Positions 52,778-62,469 of a stretch of DNA of 64,000 nucleotides are shown one piece after another. The notes beneath the pieces were generated by a model that had not been told where the DNA came from, did no database searches, and saw only the letters and a list, made by a program, of their open reading frames with translations. How positions within the stretch are numbered: the first letter of the stretch is position 1; every line of letters starts with the position of its first letter. The DNA is taken from the sequence record SRR31156797_3824. One strand, 5' to 3'. A program made the translations under genes and the position numbers.

Positions 52778-54316
52778 ATGAAATTAAACAATGTAAGTGT
52801 TCGTCGTATTACCATACTAACGGCCATGACGGTTGTCGTATGTTTTATCACTTTCTATCTTGCGTTCAAATATTTTTGGACTTACGACAGGCAAGTAAAG
52901 CAAGCTATTGAGCTTCAGCAGGAAGAAGTGATAAGAGTTGAAACGATCATTGAACTTTCCCAATTACAGATGGGAGATGCAATGGTCGACTATGCTGCGT
53001 GGAACGATATGGTGGAGTTTGTGCAAAACCCCACAGAGTACTTTGTTGAAAATAGTATTGGCCTTCATGCCTACACGTCTCAAGTGATCCATGGTTTTTA
53101 TGTGTTCTCTCCAGACAAAGAGTTAGTTTGGGGCCGAGCGTTAGATACAGTGAATAACGAACTCATAGAGACCGACCGCTACGCTCCCTTTTTCCCTACT
53201 ATTTTAAATGAGACGGAAAAGCTAAGCACAGAGACTATCGAGTCGATTGTGCGTTTTATCGTGATTGAAAACGAGCCTTATTTTGCCGCAACAACCAGAG
53301 TTTGTGATAGTAGCGCGACAGGGTGTGATAAAGGCTACATAATTTTTATGAAGAAGCTGTCTGCACAGTTTATTGATAAAGTGCATCAAGCGACGGGGAT
53401 TAGAATTGATCTGCTTACCAATGAAGCCACCAGCCATGTACCAGTCTCGATTGAGAATATCTCTTATTTTTCTAAGTTAGATTATGTAGGCAACCCGAGT
53501 GTGATACTTAAAGTCTTTCATCGGGTTAAGATTCCAAGTTTCATCGTAAAGCAAGAAATCTTCGCGTTGTTTGCGTTCTCGGTGATGTTCTATTTTATTA
53601 ATCTCTTTTTAGCTAAATCGTTGGTAAAGCCGATCACTGATGCCAACTTAGTGTTGGAAAAATTCCAAGCTCAAGGGGGGATCATTCCTGACGAATCCTA
53701 TTTTGTGTCAAAGGAAATGAAGGGATTTGCCCGAAGCATAAACCGGATTATGAATGAGTTAGAGGCCAGTAGAGCAGATTTACGCTGGCAATCCGAGCAT
53801 GATCCTTTGACTCAAATCTCAAATCGTCGACATTTGGAAACTCGTTTAACGGCTTTTATTCAAGATTATCGATTCAACTTTATTGCTCTTTATCTCGTCG
53901 ATATTGATTACTTCAAGCTGTATAACGACAACTTCAGTCATCCTGAAGGTGATAATGCTTTGAAAGCTGTCGCCACTGCTCTCAATAATATTGATTATAA
54001 AGGCGATAAAATTGTTGCCAGATTTGGCGGGGAAGAGTTCTGTGTTGTGTTAGCGTGTGACGAGCCTATTGATATCGAAGCCAACGCACAACTGCTTAAG
54101 GACACCATTGCTGATTTAGAAATCCCACATCCCTATTCACAGCTTGAAGATCACAAGTATCTTTCAATTAGTATTGGTGGTATTCAGGTCGCTCAACCTA
54201 GCATAGAAAATTATCAGGACTTTTTTCATCAGGCAGATAAGGCACTTTATGCTGCTAAGAAACAAGGTCGAAACCAGTATGTTATACGAGAATATGATGC
54301 CAATTCGAATGATTGA
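52778..54316 (+). CDS. cdgL: membrane CHASE4-type sensor diguanylate cyclase (syntenic with V. cholerae CdgL)
   Basis: DYAAWNDM CHASE4-like motif, 2 TM, HDPLT..NRR, RFGGEEF; position between yggN-like and NSS genes. Confidence 0.7.
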   Translation: MKLNNVSVRRITILTAMTVVVCFITFYLAFKYFWTYDRQVKQAIELQQEEVIRVETIIELSQLQMGDAMVDYAAWNDMVEFVQNPTEYFVENSIGLHAYTSQVIHGFYVFSPDKELVWGRALDTVNNELIETDRYAPFFPTILNETEKLSTETIESIVRFIVIENEPYFAATTRVCDSSATGCDKGYIIFMKKLSAQFIDKVHQATGIRIDLLTNEATSHVPVSIENISYFSKLDYVGNPSVILKVFHRVKIPSFIVKQEIFALFAFSVMFYFINLFLAKSLVKPITDANLVLEKFQAQGGIIPDESYFVSKEMKGFARSINRIMNELEASRADLRWQSEHDPLTQISNRRHLETRLTAFIQDYRFNFIALYLVDIDYFKLYNDNFSHPEGDNALKAVATALNNIDYKGDKIVARFGGEEFCVVLACDEPIDIEANAQLLKDTIADLEIPHPYSQLEDHKYLSISIGGIQVAQPSIENYQDFFHQADKALYAAKKQGRNQYVIREYDANSND

Positions 54317-54457
54317 CTGGTGTAAAATTAATTTCACACAATAAATAGGCATTAATTGTTTATTTATCCAGCAAACTGTTCTGGTGAACGTTGTGTGAGG
54401 CGTTGTTTTATATTAATGTACTAGTCAACTAGTTTATTGATACCTGTGTGAGTCGTA

Positions 54458-55813
54458 ATGGCATCGAGTAATTCCCGCGAAACTTTTGGATCCCGTATTG
54501 GATTTGTCCTAGCCGCAGCTGGTGCTGCCGTTGGTTTAGGCAATATTTGGGGGTTTCCAACCCAAGCTGCTAGCAATGGTGGTGGCGCATTTCTATTAGT
54601 GTATTTGGTCCTCATCTTAGTGGTTGCTTTTCCTATGTTGGTGGTTGAAATGGCGATTGGCCGTTCAGGACAAGCTAACCCAGTAGACAGTATGCGATCT
54701 TTGACGGATAACCCAACGGCTAAAAAAGCCGGTGCTTTGGTTGGTTGGCTTGGTCTGACGGTACCTAGTGCTGTTTTAGCGTTTTACAGTATTGTGGGTG
54801 GCTGGCTGATCTGTTTCTTGCTTGGTGCTGTGACTGATCTTATGGGAATGGAAGCGGCGACGGCTTGGTTTAAAGGTTTTAGTGTTGAGCGTAATTTATT
54901 TGGTACCGTTGTATTCTATGTACTGACCATCTTGATTGTTCAAGGCGGTGTAAAGCAAGGTATTGAAAAGTGGTCGACTCGTTTGATGCCTGCACTGTTT
55001 GTTTTGTTCGGATTATTGTTCGTTTACATCATGATGCAACCGGGTGCTATGGAAGGGCTAAAACACTACTTGGTACCTGATTTCGACAAAGTGTTTGACC
55101 GCAAAATGATTTTGGCCGCAATGGGGCAAGGGTTCTTCTCTTTGACCATTGGTGGCTGTTCAATGCTGATTTATGGTTCTTACTTAAGTAAGAAAGAGAA
55201 CCTGCCGAAAATGGCGATGAACGTAACCTTGGTTGATACCTCGGTGGCTTTTATTGCGGGTCTGGTCGTTCTCCCTGCTATGTTTGTAGCAATGAATAAA
55301 GGGGTTCAGATCTATGCGGAAGATGGTTCTCTGCTCAGCTCTGATACTTTGGTGTTCACGGTATTACCTTTAATGTTTGATAGTCTAGGTGTACTGGGTC
55401 AGTTATTTGCGATTGTGTTTTTCTTATTACTGACCATTGCTGCCTTAACCTCTTCAATCTCAATGCTGGAGTGTCCGGTTGCGTTAGTTTCTGAGCGTTT
55501 GAATACTAAGAGAACCTCAACAAGCTGGATTCTAGGCGGTTTGATTGCATTATTTAGTATCGTCATTGTATACAACTTCGGTGCACTGTTTGGTTTGGTT
55601 GCGACGACAGCAACTCAGTATCTACAACCGACTGCGGCATTAATGTTCTGTGTGTTTGGTGGATGGGTATGGAATCGTAATGCTAAGCTGAAAGAGCTAG
55701 AGCAAGGGTTCCCAGAATTCAGCCAAAGTACGTTTGGCAAAATTTGGCCTTGGTACGTCAAGTTTGTGTGCCCAATTTTAGTGGCAACAGTGATTTGGGC
55801 TTCATTTGGTTGA
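54458..55813 (+). CDS. sodium-dependent NSS-family transporter
   Basis: GAAVGLGNIWGFP, NGGGAFL, GQGFFSL. Confidence 0.92.
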   Translation: MASSNSRETFGSRIGFVLAAAGAAVGLGNIWGFPTQAASNGGGAFLLVYLVLILVVAFPMLVVEMAIGRSGQANPVDSMRSLTDNPTAKKAGALVGWLGLTVPSAVLAFYSIVGGWLICFLLGAVTDLMGMEAATAWFKGFSVERNLFGTVVFYVLTILIVQGGVKQGIEKWSTRLMPALFVLFGLLFVYIMMQPGAMEGLKHYLVPDFDKVFDRKMILAAMGQGFFSLTIGGCSMLIYGSYLSKKENLPKMAMNVTLVDTSVAFIAGLVVLPAMFVAMNKGVQIYAEDGSLLSSDTLVFTVLPLMFDSLGVLGQLFAIVFFLLLTIAALTSSISMLECPVALVSERLNTKRTSTSWILGGLIALFSIVIVYNFGALFGLVATTATQYLQPTAALMFCVFGGWVWNRNAKLKELEQGFPEFSQSTFGKIWPWYVKFVCPILVATVIWASFG

Positions 55814-55833
55814 TATCCTTTATCCCTAAACAG

Positions 55834-55863
55834 AAAAACCTTGGTTTGTACCAAGGTTTTTTT
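55834..55863. terminator. bidirectional terminator
   Basis: AAAAACCTTGGT-TTGT-ACCAAGGTTTTTTT. Confidence 0.85.
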
Positions 55864-55877
55864 ATATCGAGTGGGTC

Positions 55878-56951
55878 TTACTCCGCTGGTGATGGCGGCA
55901 TGATTTGCCCATTGGTCAGTGGCTCTAAGTCGATATCACTGACTTCTTCAATAAAGTCACCGACGACTTGCTCGACCATTTCATCGTTTTGCGTAAAGTA
56001 AGCAAGGTGGAACACCGCATCACCTTCGTTAACCAAGGGTAGCGTTTGCTGACCAATGACAATGCCGCCTTTATTGGCAACCACTTCAACTTCAACGTTG
56101 CCCAAAGGGGAATTGATATAAGCCAGTATTTGTCCCTTCTCAACTTTATCGCCTAATGAGACTACCGTTCTTAAAATGCCATCAGCTTCTGCTCTTAGCC
56201 AGCTGGTGGACTTCGCGATCACGGAGGTAGGGAGTTTTTTACGGCTAGCTCGTAGCATGCCAATAGCTTGCATGACACGTTTTACACCTACCATACCCGC
56301 ACTGATGGCTATCGGTTCAAACCGTAGAGCTTCACCTGCTTCGTAGGTCAGTACCGTAATCCCTGATTTTTCTGCCTCGCTGCGCAGTGAACCATTTCTT
56401 AGCGGGGAATCTAACACTACCGGAGTCGCGAATGCTTGTGCCACTCTTAACGTTTCAGGATTGCTTAAATCGGCACGAATCTGAGGCAAGTTAGTTCTGT
56501 GAATCGCTCCGGTGTGAAGATCGATAATGTAATCACACTTCAACGCCACTTCAGTAAAGAAGGTGTAAGCCATACGCGATGCCAACGAGCCTCTATCACT
56601 GCCCGGGAAGCAACGATTTAAGTCACGTCGGTCAGGCAAATAGCGCGATTTATGGATAAAACCAAAAACGTTTACCACGGGTACAGCAATAAGCGTTCCT
56701 TTGAGCTTTTGAGGATCGATAGTGTTAATGAGCTGACGCACGATCTCAACGCCATTCAATTCATCACCATGAATCGCTGCATTGACTAATAAAACGGGGC
56801 CAGGAGCTGCCCCGTTAATAATTTCAATAGGAATAGAAAGGGGAGAGTGGGTATAAAGTTTTGCACCTTCCAACTCAACAACCTGTTTACTTGCCGGCGC
56901 AATGATTGTACCCATAAACTCATAGGGTTTATTTTTTCTAACCTTTGCCAC
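55878..56951 (-). CDS. succinylglutamate desuccinylase/aspartoacylase (M14) family protein
   Basis: [21 protein letters not shown]; probable GTG start 56951 overlapping the rimK stop. Confidence 0.88.
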   Translation of the reverse strand: MAKVRKNKPYEFMGTIIAPASKQVVELEGAKLYTHSPLSIPIEIINGAAPGPVLLVNAAIHGDELNGVEIVRQLINTIDPQKLKGTLIAVPVVNVFGFIHKSRYLPDRRDLNRCFPGSDRGSLASRMAYTFFTEVALKCDYIIDLHTGAIHRTNLPQIRADLSNPETLRVAQAFATPVVLDSPLRNGSLRSEAEKSGITVLTYEAGEALRFEPIAISAGMVGVKRVMQAIGMLRASRKKLPTSVIAKSTSWLRAEADGILRTVVSLGDKVEKGQILAYINSPLGNVEVEVVANKGGIVIGQQTLPLVNEGDAVFHLAYFTQNDEMVEQVVGDFIEEVSDIDLEPLTNGQIMPPSPAE

Positions 56952-57843
56952 GTGTTCTTGTCCTTCTGCTAGCGGCATTTTTCTCGATAAACTCGATGAT
57001 CATACCGGCAATATCTTTACCAGTTGCAGCTTCAATACCTTCCAAACCTGGTGAAGAGTTGACTTCCATAACCAGCGGGCCTCTCGCTGAGCGAAGCAAA
57101 TCAACACCAGCAACATTAAGCCCCATTGCTTTGGCCGCTTCGATCGCCGTTTTGCGCTCCGTTGGCGTTATTTTAATTAAAGAAGCAGAACCACCACGGT
57201 GAAGATTTGAGCGGAACTCACCGTCTGCACCTTGACGTTTCATCGCAGCAATGACTTTATCGCCAATAACAAAACAGCGAATATCCGCACCGCCGGCTTC
57301 TTTGATGTATTCCTGAACCATAATATTAGCTTTAAGGCCCATGAAAGCTTCAATAACACTTTCTGCTGCTTTACGAGTTTCAGCAAGTACGACACCAATA
57401 CCCTGAGTACCTTCAAGCAGCTTAATCACGACAGGTGCGCCACCAACCATGTCTAAAAGGTCTTTCACATCATCAGGTTTGCTGGCAAAACCGGTAATCG
57501 GCATACCAATGCCTTTGCGTGAAAGCAGTTGCATTGAACGCAACTTGTCTCTTGAACGACTGATTGCCACTGATTCATTCACTGGGTATACACCCATCAT
57601 CTCAAACTGACGTAGTACTGCCGTGCCATAAAATGTTACCGATGCGCCAATTCGAGGAATAATCGCTTCAAACCCTGCCAATTCTTCACCCTTAAAGTGG
57701 ATCTCTGGCTTATCAGAGTTGATATTCATGTAACAACGTAAAGCATCGATGACTTTTACTTCATGACCACGCTGCTTACAAGCTTCAATTAAGCGCTTGG
57801 TTGAATATAGCGAAGAGTTGCGTGACAGAATACCAATTTTCAT
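56938..57843 (-). CDS. rimK: ribosomal protein S6 L-glutamate ligase
   Basis: [43 protein letters not shown]. Confidence 0.96.
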   Translation of the reverse strand: MKIGILSRNSSLYSTKRLIEACKQRGHEVKVIDALRCYMNINSDKPEIHFKGEELAGFEAIIPRIGASVTFYGTAVLRQFEMMGVYPVNESVAISRSRDKLRSMQLLSRKGIGMPITGFASKPDDVKDLLDMVGGAPVVIKLLEGTQGIGVVLAETRKAAESVIEAFMGLKANIMVQEYIKEAGGADIRCFVIGDKVIAAMKRQGADGEFRSNLHRGGSASLIKITPTERKTAIEAAKAMGLNVAGVDLLRSARGPLVMEVNSSPGLEGIEAATGKDIAGMIIEFIEKNAASRRTRTRGKG

Positions 57844-58283
57844 AATTTGGGTTCCTCAAACGGGATTAAAAAAGATTCGGTCGGATCAACTACAATACGG
57901 TGGTGCATCGCCGTTCGACCTAATAACATGCGAAACGCCATGTTCTCTCTGTTAGTTAATGTGATTTCAGCCGGCCAGGTTTGGCCGCCCAAACAAATGT
58001 CAGACAAAATAACGTAGCGAGATTCTTCATGGCCCCCTGAGTCTCGCACGGTTCTCTCTTCAATAACTTCAGCCTCACAAACCACAACGGTATCCACATC
58101 GTGTTGCTGTGGATGGATCCAGAAACGCACCCAAAGTTTGTCTTCCTTGGTAAAGCTTTCTAGCTTAAATGCGTGTAAGCAAGATGTGCGGGCTCCAGTA
58201 TCAATTTTGGCTTTGATTTTTCCAATACCTAACCCAGGAAGGCTTAATCTTTCACGCCATCCGACAGTCATTTTTTCTTTCAT
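57840..58283 (-). CDS. RimB-like retropepsin-fold protease ('ATP-dependent zinc protease' family)
   Basis: [20 protein letters not shown]; overlaps rimK start. Confidence 0.85.
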   Translation of the reverse strand: MKEKMTVGWRERLSLPGLGIGKIKAKIDTGARTSCLHAFKLESFTKEDKLWVRFWIHPQQHDVDTVVVCEAEVIEERTVRDSGGHEESRYVILSDICLGGQTWPAEITLTNRENMAFRMLLGRTAMHHRIVVDPTESFLIPFEEPKL

Positions 58284-58498
58284 CGCAGTATCTTAGTTCT
58301 ATTTGTTTGGTATTTTTAAGGCTGAAGTGAAGGACAGCCCACATAAGCGTCATGAAGACGTAATGCCTGAATAGAGTTTGGTGAATAACTCAGGGAACTT
58401 CAAGGAGGCGAACTCTAACAGTTGAACTTAACCTGTTGCTAATGAAATAAATTGGTCGTGTCGACAAAAATCTTTGATAGAAATATAGGCTTAGGTAT

Positions 58499-58528
58499 AA
58501 AAAAGCCGAAGTTTAGAACTTCGGCTTT
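58499..58528 (-). terminator. terminator of pepD
   Basis: AAAGCCGAAGTT-TAG-AACTTCGGCTTT with A-run on the left. Confidence 0.85.
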
Positions 58529-58553
58529 CTTGCTCATATTTTTAGAGAAAAAA

Positions 58554-60026
58554 TTATGATTTAGCTGGGATATTTTCCAACAGCGCAATCATCTGTTCCC
58601 AGAATAATGCCACAGTATCAATCTTCACTTTTTCATCTGGCGAGTGTGGGAATTTGATTGTTGGACCAAACGAAACCATGTCCATATTTGGATAAGGTTT
58701 CTTAAATAGGCCACACTCAAGACCTGCGTGGATCACCATAATGTTTGGTTTATGACCGTAGATGCCTTCATACATATCACGGAAAATGTGCATGATTTCT
58801 GAGTCTGCATCCGGTTTCCAGCCAGGGTAAGCACCCGAGAACTCGATAGAAGCCCCCGCCAGTTCCGCGACAGAAGCCAGCATGCCTTCAACTTGGCTAC
58901 GACCAGAATCGATTAATGAGCGAATCAAGCAAAGTACCGTTACTTTGTCTTCTTCAGTCGTAATCACACCAACGTTGAGAGATGTTTCGACTACGCCTTC
59001 AATTTCGTCACTCATGCGGATAACACCGTTAGGGCATGCATTTAATGCAGCAACGAATCGCTGTTGAGTTTCTACGGTGAACATGTCGACTGCTGTGTGC
59101 TGAGCTTCGTTGAAAGTTGCGATACTGGTTTCAACTTTACCTAGCTCTGTCTTCAACAAGTCAGTGTAGAAGTCATACAGCTCGTTCAACTTCGCTTCGT
59201 TTTCTGCTGGCAGTGCAACAGTAACGAACGCTTCACGAGGAATAGCGTTACGTAAACTACCACCACGGAATTCGACTAGGCGTAAATCAAGCTCTTGAGC
59301 GTGACCGGCTAAGAAGCGAGCTAATAGCTTGTTTGCGTTACCACGACCGGTGTGAATATCGCAACCTGAGTGACCACCTTTTAAGCCTTTAAGAGTTAGT
59401 TGGCGTGTTACGTAAGATGATGGAATCGCTTCACGAGCGATATCAAATATCATTGATGCATCCACGCCGCCAGCGCAGCCCATGTATACTTCGCCTTCTT
59501 GCTCAGAGTCTGTATTAAGAAGAATTTCGCCTTCTAACCAACCCGCTTCAAGACCGAACGCACCCGTCATGCCTGCTTCTTCATCGATAGTCAGCAGCAC
59601 TTCTAAAGGACCATGTTTGACTTCATCTGAAGTCAGCACGGCTAAACACGCAGCCATACCCATGCCGTTATCGGCACCGAGTGTCGTGCCTTTAGCGGTT
59701 ACCCATTCGCCATCAATATAAGGTTGGATTGGATCTTTAGTGAAATCATGATCTGTGTCTTCATTTTTCTGAGGAACCATATCGATGTGAGCTTGCAGAA
59801 CCACACCTTTTTTGTCTTCCATTCCCGGTGTTGCTGGCTTCTTGATAATAACGTTACCGGTAGGATCTCGGCGAACGTCTAAGCCAAGCTCTGTTACCCA
59901 GCCGATAATCGCTTGTGCAAGTTGTTCTTCGTGTTTAGAAGGGTGAGGAATAGAACAAATTTTATCAAAAAATTGCCACACTGGAGCAGGGGATAGGTTG
60001 CTTATTTCAGAATGGAATTCAGACAT
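58554..60026 (-). CDS. pepD: aminoacyl-histidine dipeptidase
   Basis: IPHPSKHE, QAHIDMV, TTLGADNG, DEEAG, IHAGLECG. Confidence 0.96.
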   Translation of the reverse strand: MSEFHSEISNLSPAPVWQFFDKICSIPHPSKHEEQLAQAIIGWVTELGLDVRRDPTGNVIIKKPATPGMEDKKGVVLQAHIDMVPQKNEDTDHDFTKDPIQPYIDGEWVTAKGTTLGADNGMGMAACLAVLTSDEVKHGPLEVLLTIDEEAGMTGAFGLEAGWLEGEILLNTDSEQEGEVYMGCAGGVDASMIFDIAREAIPSSYVTRQLTLKGLKGGHSGCDIHTGRGNANKLLARFLAGHAQELDLRLVEFRGGSLRNAIPREAFVTVALPAENEAKLNELYDFYTDLLKTELGKVETSIATFNEAQHTAVDMFTVETQQRFVAALNACPNGVIRMSDEIEGVVETSLNVGVITTEEDKVTVLCLIRSLIDSGRSQVEGMLASVAELAGASIEFSGAYPGWKPDADSEIMHIFRDMYEGIYGHKPNIMVIHAGLECGLFKKPYPNMDMVSFGPTIKFPHSPDEKVKIDTVALFWEQMIALLENIPAKS

Positions 60027-60317
60027 AGATGACTCCTTTATTATGCGATACCCAGATCAAATCGTTTATAAAGGGTAATTCAATAGATGAATCACCTGTT
60101 ACTGGGCATGAATTGCATCACAGCATACCATTGTGTGCAGAAATGGAGTAGGCAGATTGAAAGATTGTTCATTATGGAAATGAGTTATGGCTCGAGTTTT
60201 ACCTACCTTTTAGTCAATAAGTTGCATTGTTTTTGCTACTCAATTCAAAAATAAAGTACCGTTTTTGTAATTTTATTACCTTTTTGTCTGACATCTTTGT
60301 AGGATTAATAAAGTTTT

Positions 60318-60333
60318 TGTGATTTACCTCACT
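60318..60333. promoter_or_regulatory. CRP-like site
   Basis: TGTGA-TTTACC-TCACT. Confidence 0.65.
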
Positions 60334-60373
60334 ATAAAATTGTAATTATTTTTCTATGTGGTATATTAATAAC

Positions 60374-60593
60374 CAGTTCAATAATGAAGCAAATTATTGA
60401 GTTGAGATTTACCCCTCGTAATGTTGAAGATATGATTAATGTCACTTTTGATACGTTACCCACACGCTTTGGTGAGTGAGACCAAACGCATGTGACTGAA
60501 CAGTAATGTTCGCCCCTATATTGGAATTTGTTTTTAATCGTATTGATTAATATGATTCACCGCCACCTGAGAAATCAGGTGGCGTTTTTTTTT
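60374..60593 (+). ncRNA. putative VcdR(P)-like small RNA (5' end uncertain)
   Basis: Plus-strand terminator with no plus-strand gene upstream; CCCC seed at 60513-60516; CRP-like boxes; location between pepD and the NCS2 permease as recalled for V. cholerae vcdRP. Confidence 0.65.
60561..60593 (+). terminator. Rho-independent terminator of the putative sRNA
   Basis: CGCCACCTGA-GAAA-TCAGGTGGCG-T9. Confidence 0.9.
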
Positions 60594-60658
60594 GCTTTTA
60601 ATCTATCACACTGCACGTTTTAGCTTTCTGTATTGCTAATCGAACGGTTGAACATGGA

Positions 60659-62086
60659 TTAAAATCCCCCGAAGCAGATGTATTTGATGTTGAGGTACTC
60701 GTCGATGCCTTGCTTAGCGCCTTCTCGGCCAAAACCGGATTGTTTTATCCCTCCAAATGGTGCGACTTCGTTAGAAATCAGTCCTTCATTAATACCAACC
60801 ATGCCGTACTCTAATTGTTCTGCAATGGTGAAAGCGCGTTTAATGTTTTCGGTATAAAAGTAACTTGCTAGCCCATAGATCGTGTCATTGGCTTTTTCGA
60901 CCAGCTCTTGATCATTGGTGAAACGAATAATCGGCGCTACAGGGCCAAACAGTTCTGTCTGAGTAATCTCCATATCCTGAGTGATTTCAGTCAGTATGGT
61001 TGGCTGAACGAATAGCCCTTGTTGTGCTTCTCCACCAAAGACGATCTTTGCACCTTGCTGCAGTGCATTATCGATTGAACTCAGTACGCTGTTCTTGGCT
61101 TTTAAATCAATCATAGGGCCAATGTTTACCCCAGGCTCTAGACCATTGCCCATTTTTAGTTCGACAACTGCGGCTGCAAACTTATCAACAAACTGGTCGT
61201 AAACGTCACTTTGGACATAAAACCGGTTAGCACATACACAGGTTTGCCCCGCATTGCGGAACTTAGACGTCATAGCGCCTTTGACGGCTTGATCAATATC
61301 TGCATCATTAAATACGATAAATGGGGCATTGCCTCCGAGTTCCATTGACGTGCGCTTTACTGTACTGGCACATTGATTGATGAGATGACGTCCGACTTCT
61401 GTTGAACCTGTAAATGAGAGTTTTTTAATATCTTTGTGAGTACAAAAGATTTCACCAACCGCTGAAGAGGAATGATTGTTCACAACTATGAGTAAATCTT
61501 TAGGCAGTCCAGCTTGATAAGCCAGCTCTGCTGTGGCATACGCGGACAATGGGGTCTGGTTAGCGGGTTTGACGATAAAACTACAGCCAGCAGCGAGAGC
61601 CGGAGCCGCTTTTCGGGTGATCATTGCAATCGGAAAGTTCCATGGGGTGATGGCTGCCGCGACACCAACCGGCTGCTTCACGGTCATCAAACGTTTATCC
61701 CCACTTGGTGCTGGAATGGTTTCGCCGTACACTCGTTTCGCTTCTTCCGAAAACCATTGTATGAATGAAGCCCCATACATGACTTCACCTCTGGCTTCAG
61801 CGAATGGTTTTCCTTGCTCTAATGTCATAATGCGGGCTAAGTCATCAGCATTTTTTACCATCAATTCATACCAATGTTTTAGGATTGCAGATCGCTCGGC
61901 GGCGCTTTTCTGTTGCCAAAGTTGCTGAGCAGTTTTGGATGCTTTGATTAGCGTATTAATGGTGTCGGTGTCTACCGATGGGATATAAGCCAGTACTTGA
62001 TCAGTCGCAGGATTTTTTATTGCAATTGTTTTTTCACTCTTGGGGCAAGTGATTTTCAAGAGTGATTTATTGATGATTTGGTCCAT
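60659..62086 (-). CDS. gabD: NAD(P)-dependent succinate-semialdehyde dehydrogenase
   Basis: ITPWNFPIAMITRK, SFTGST, MELGGNAP, KFRNAGQTCVCANR, ELFGP. Confidence 0.88.
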   Translation of the reverse strand: MDQIINKSLLKITCPKSEKTIAIKNPATDQVLAYIPSVDTDTINTLIKASKTAQQLWQQKSAAERSAILKHWYELMVKNADDLARIMTLEQGKPFAEARGEVMYGASFIQWFSEEAKRVYGETIPAPSGDKRLMTVKQPVGVAAAITPWNFPIAMITRKAAPALAAGCSFIVKPANQTPLSAYATAELAYQAGLPKDLLIVVNNHSSSAVGEIFCTHKDIKKLSFTGSTEVGRHLINQCASTVKRTSMELGGNAPFIVFNDADIDQAVKGAMTSKFRNAGQTCVCANRFYVQSDVYDQFVDKFAAAVVELKMGNGLEPGVNIGPMIDLKAKNSVLSSIDNALQQGAKIVFGGEAQQGLFVQPTILTEITQDMEITQTELFGPVAPIIRFTNDQELVEKANDTIYGLASYFYTENIKRAFTIAEQLEYGMVGINEGLISNEVAPFGGIKQSGFGREGAKQGIDEYLNIKYICFGGF

Positions 62087-62430
62087 GATCCTTTCTCTTC
62101 GTTAGGCTGATAGATGAATAGTCGTGTTAGATCTTCGGTGCCCCAAGCTAAATGTCACTTAAGTACTTGATGAGGAACAGTGTTTTAGTGAAACGTCTAT
62201 ATTTTAAATATTGTTATTGTCTCGAGTCGCTACTCTTACTTGATATGTAAAATCATAGAAACAATGAATGCTTTCACGCTACCTTGTATTAACAATGTAT
62301 ACGTTTTAAGCGAAATCGTCTGATTTTTATGAAGTGCCTTTCATAATTAATGTTTAACAGTTTTAAAAACAGAATAAATTCTGTCTGGAATTTGTGATCT
62401 GATATCTTTATAATTTGCGCCCAATCGATT

Positions 62431-62446
62431 ACGCAACCGTTTACTC
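62431..62446. promoter_or_regulatory. PurR box
   Basis: ACGCAACCGTTTACTC downstream of TATAAT (62409-62414), upstream of a purine permease. Confidence 0.75.
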
Positions 62447-62469
62447 TTTACTTTTATTAGGACTCGATC

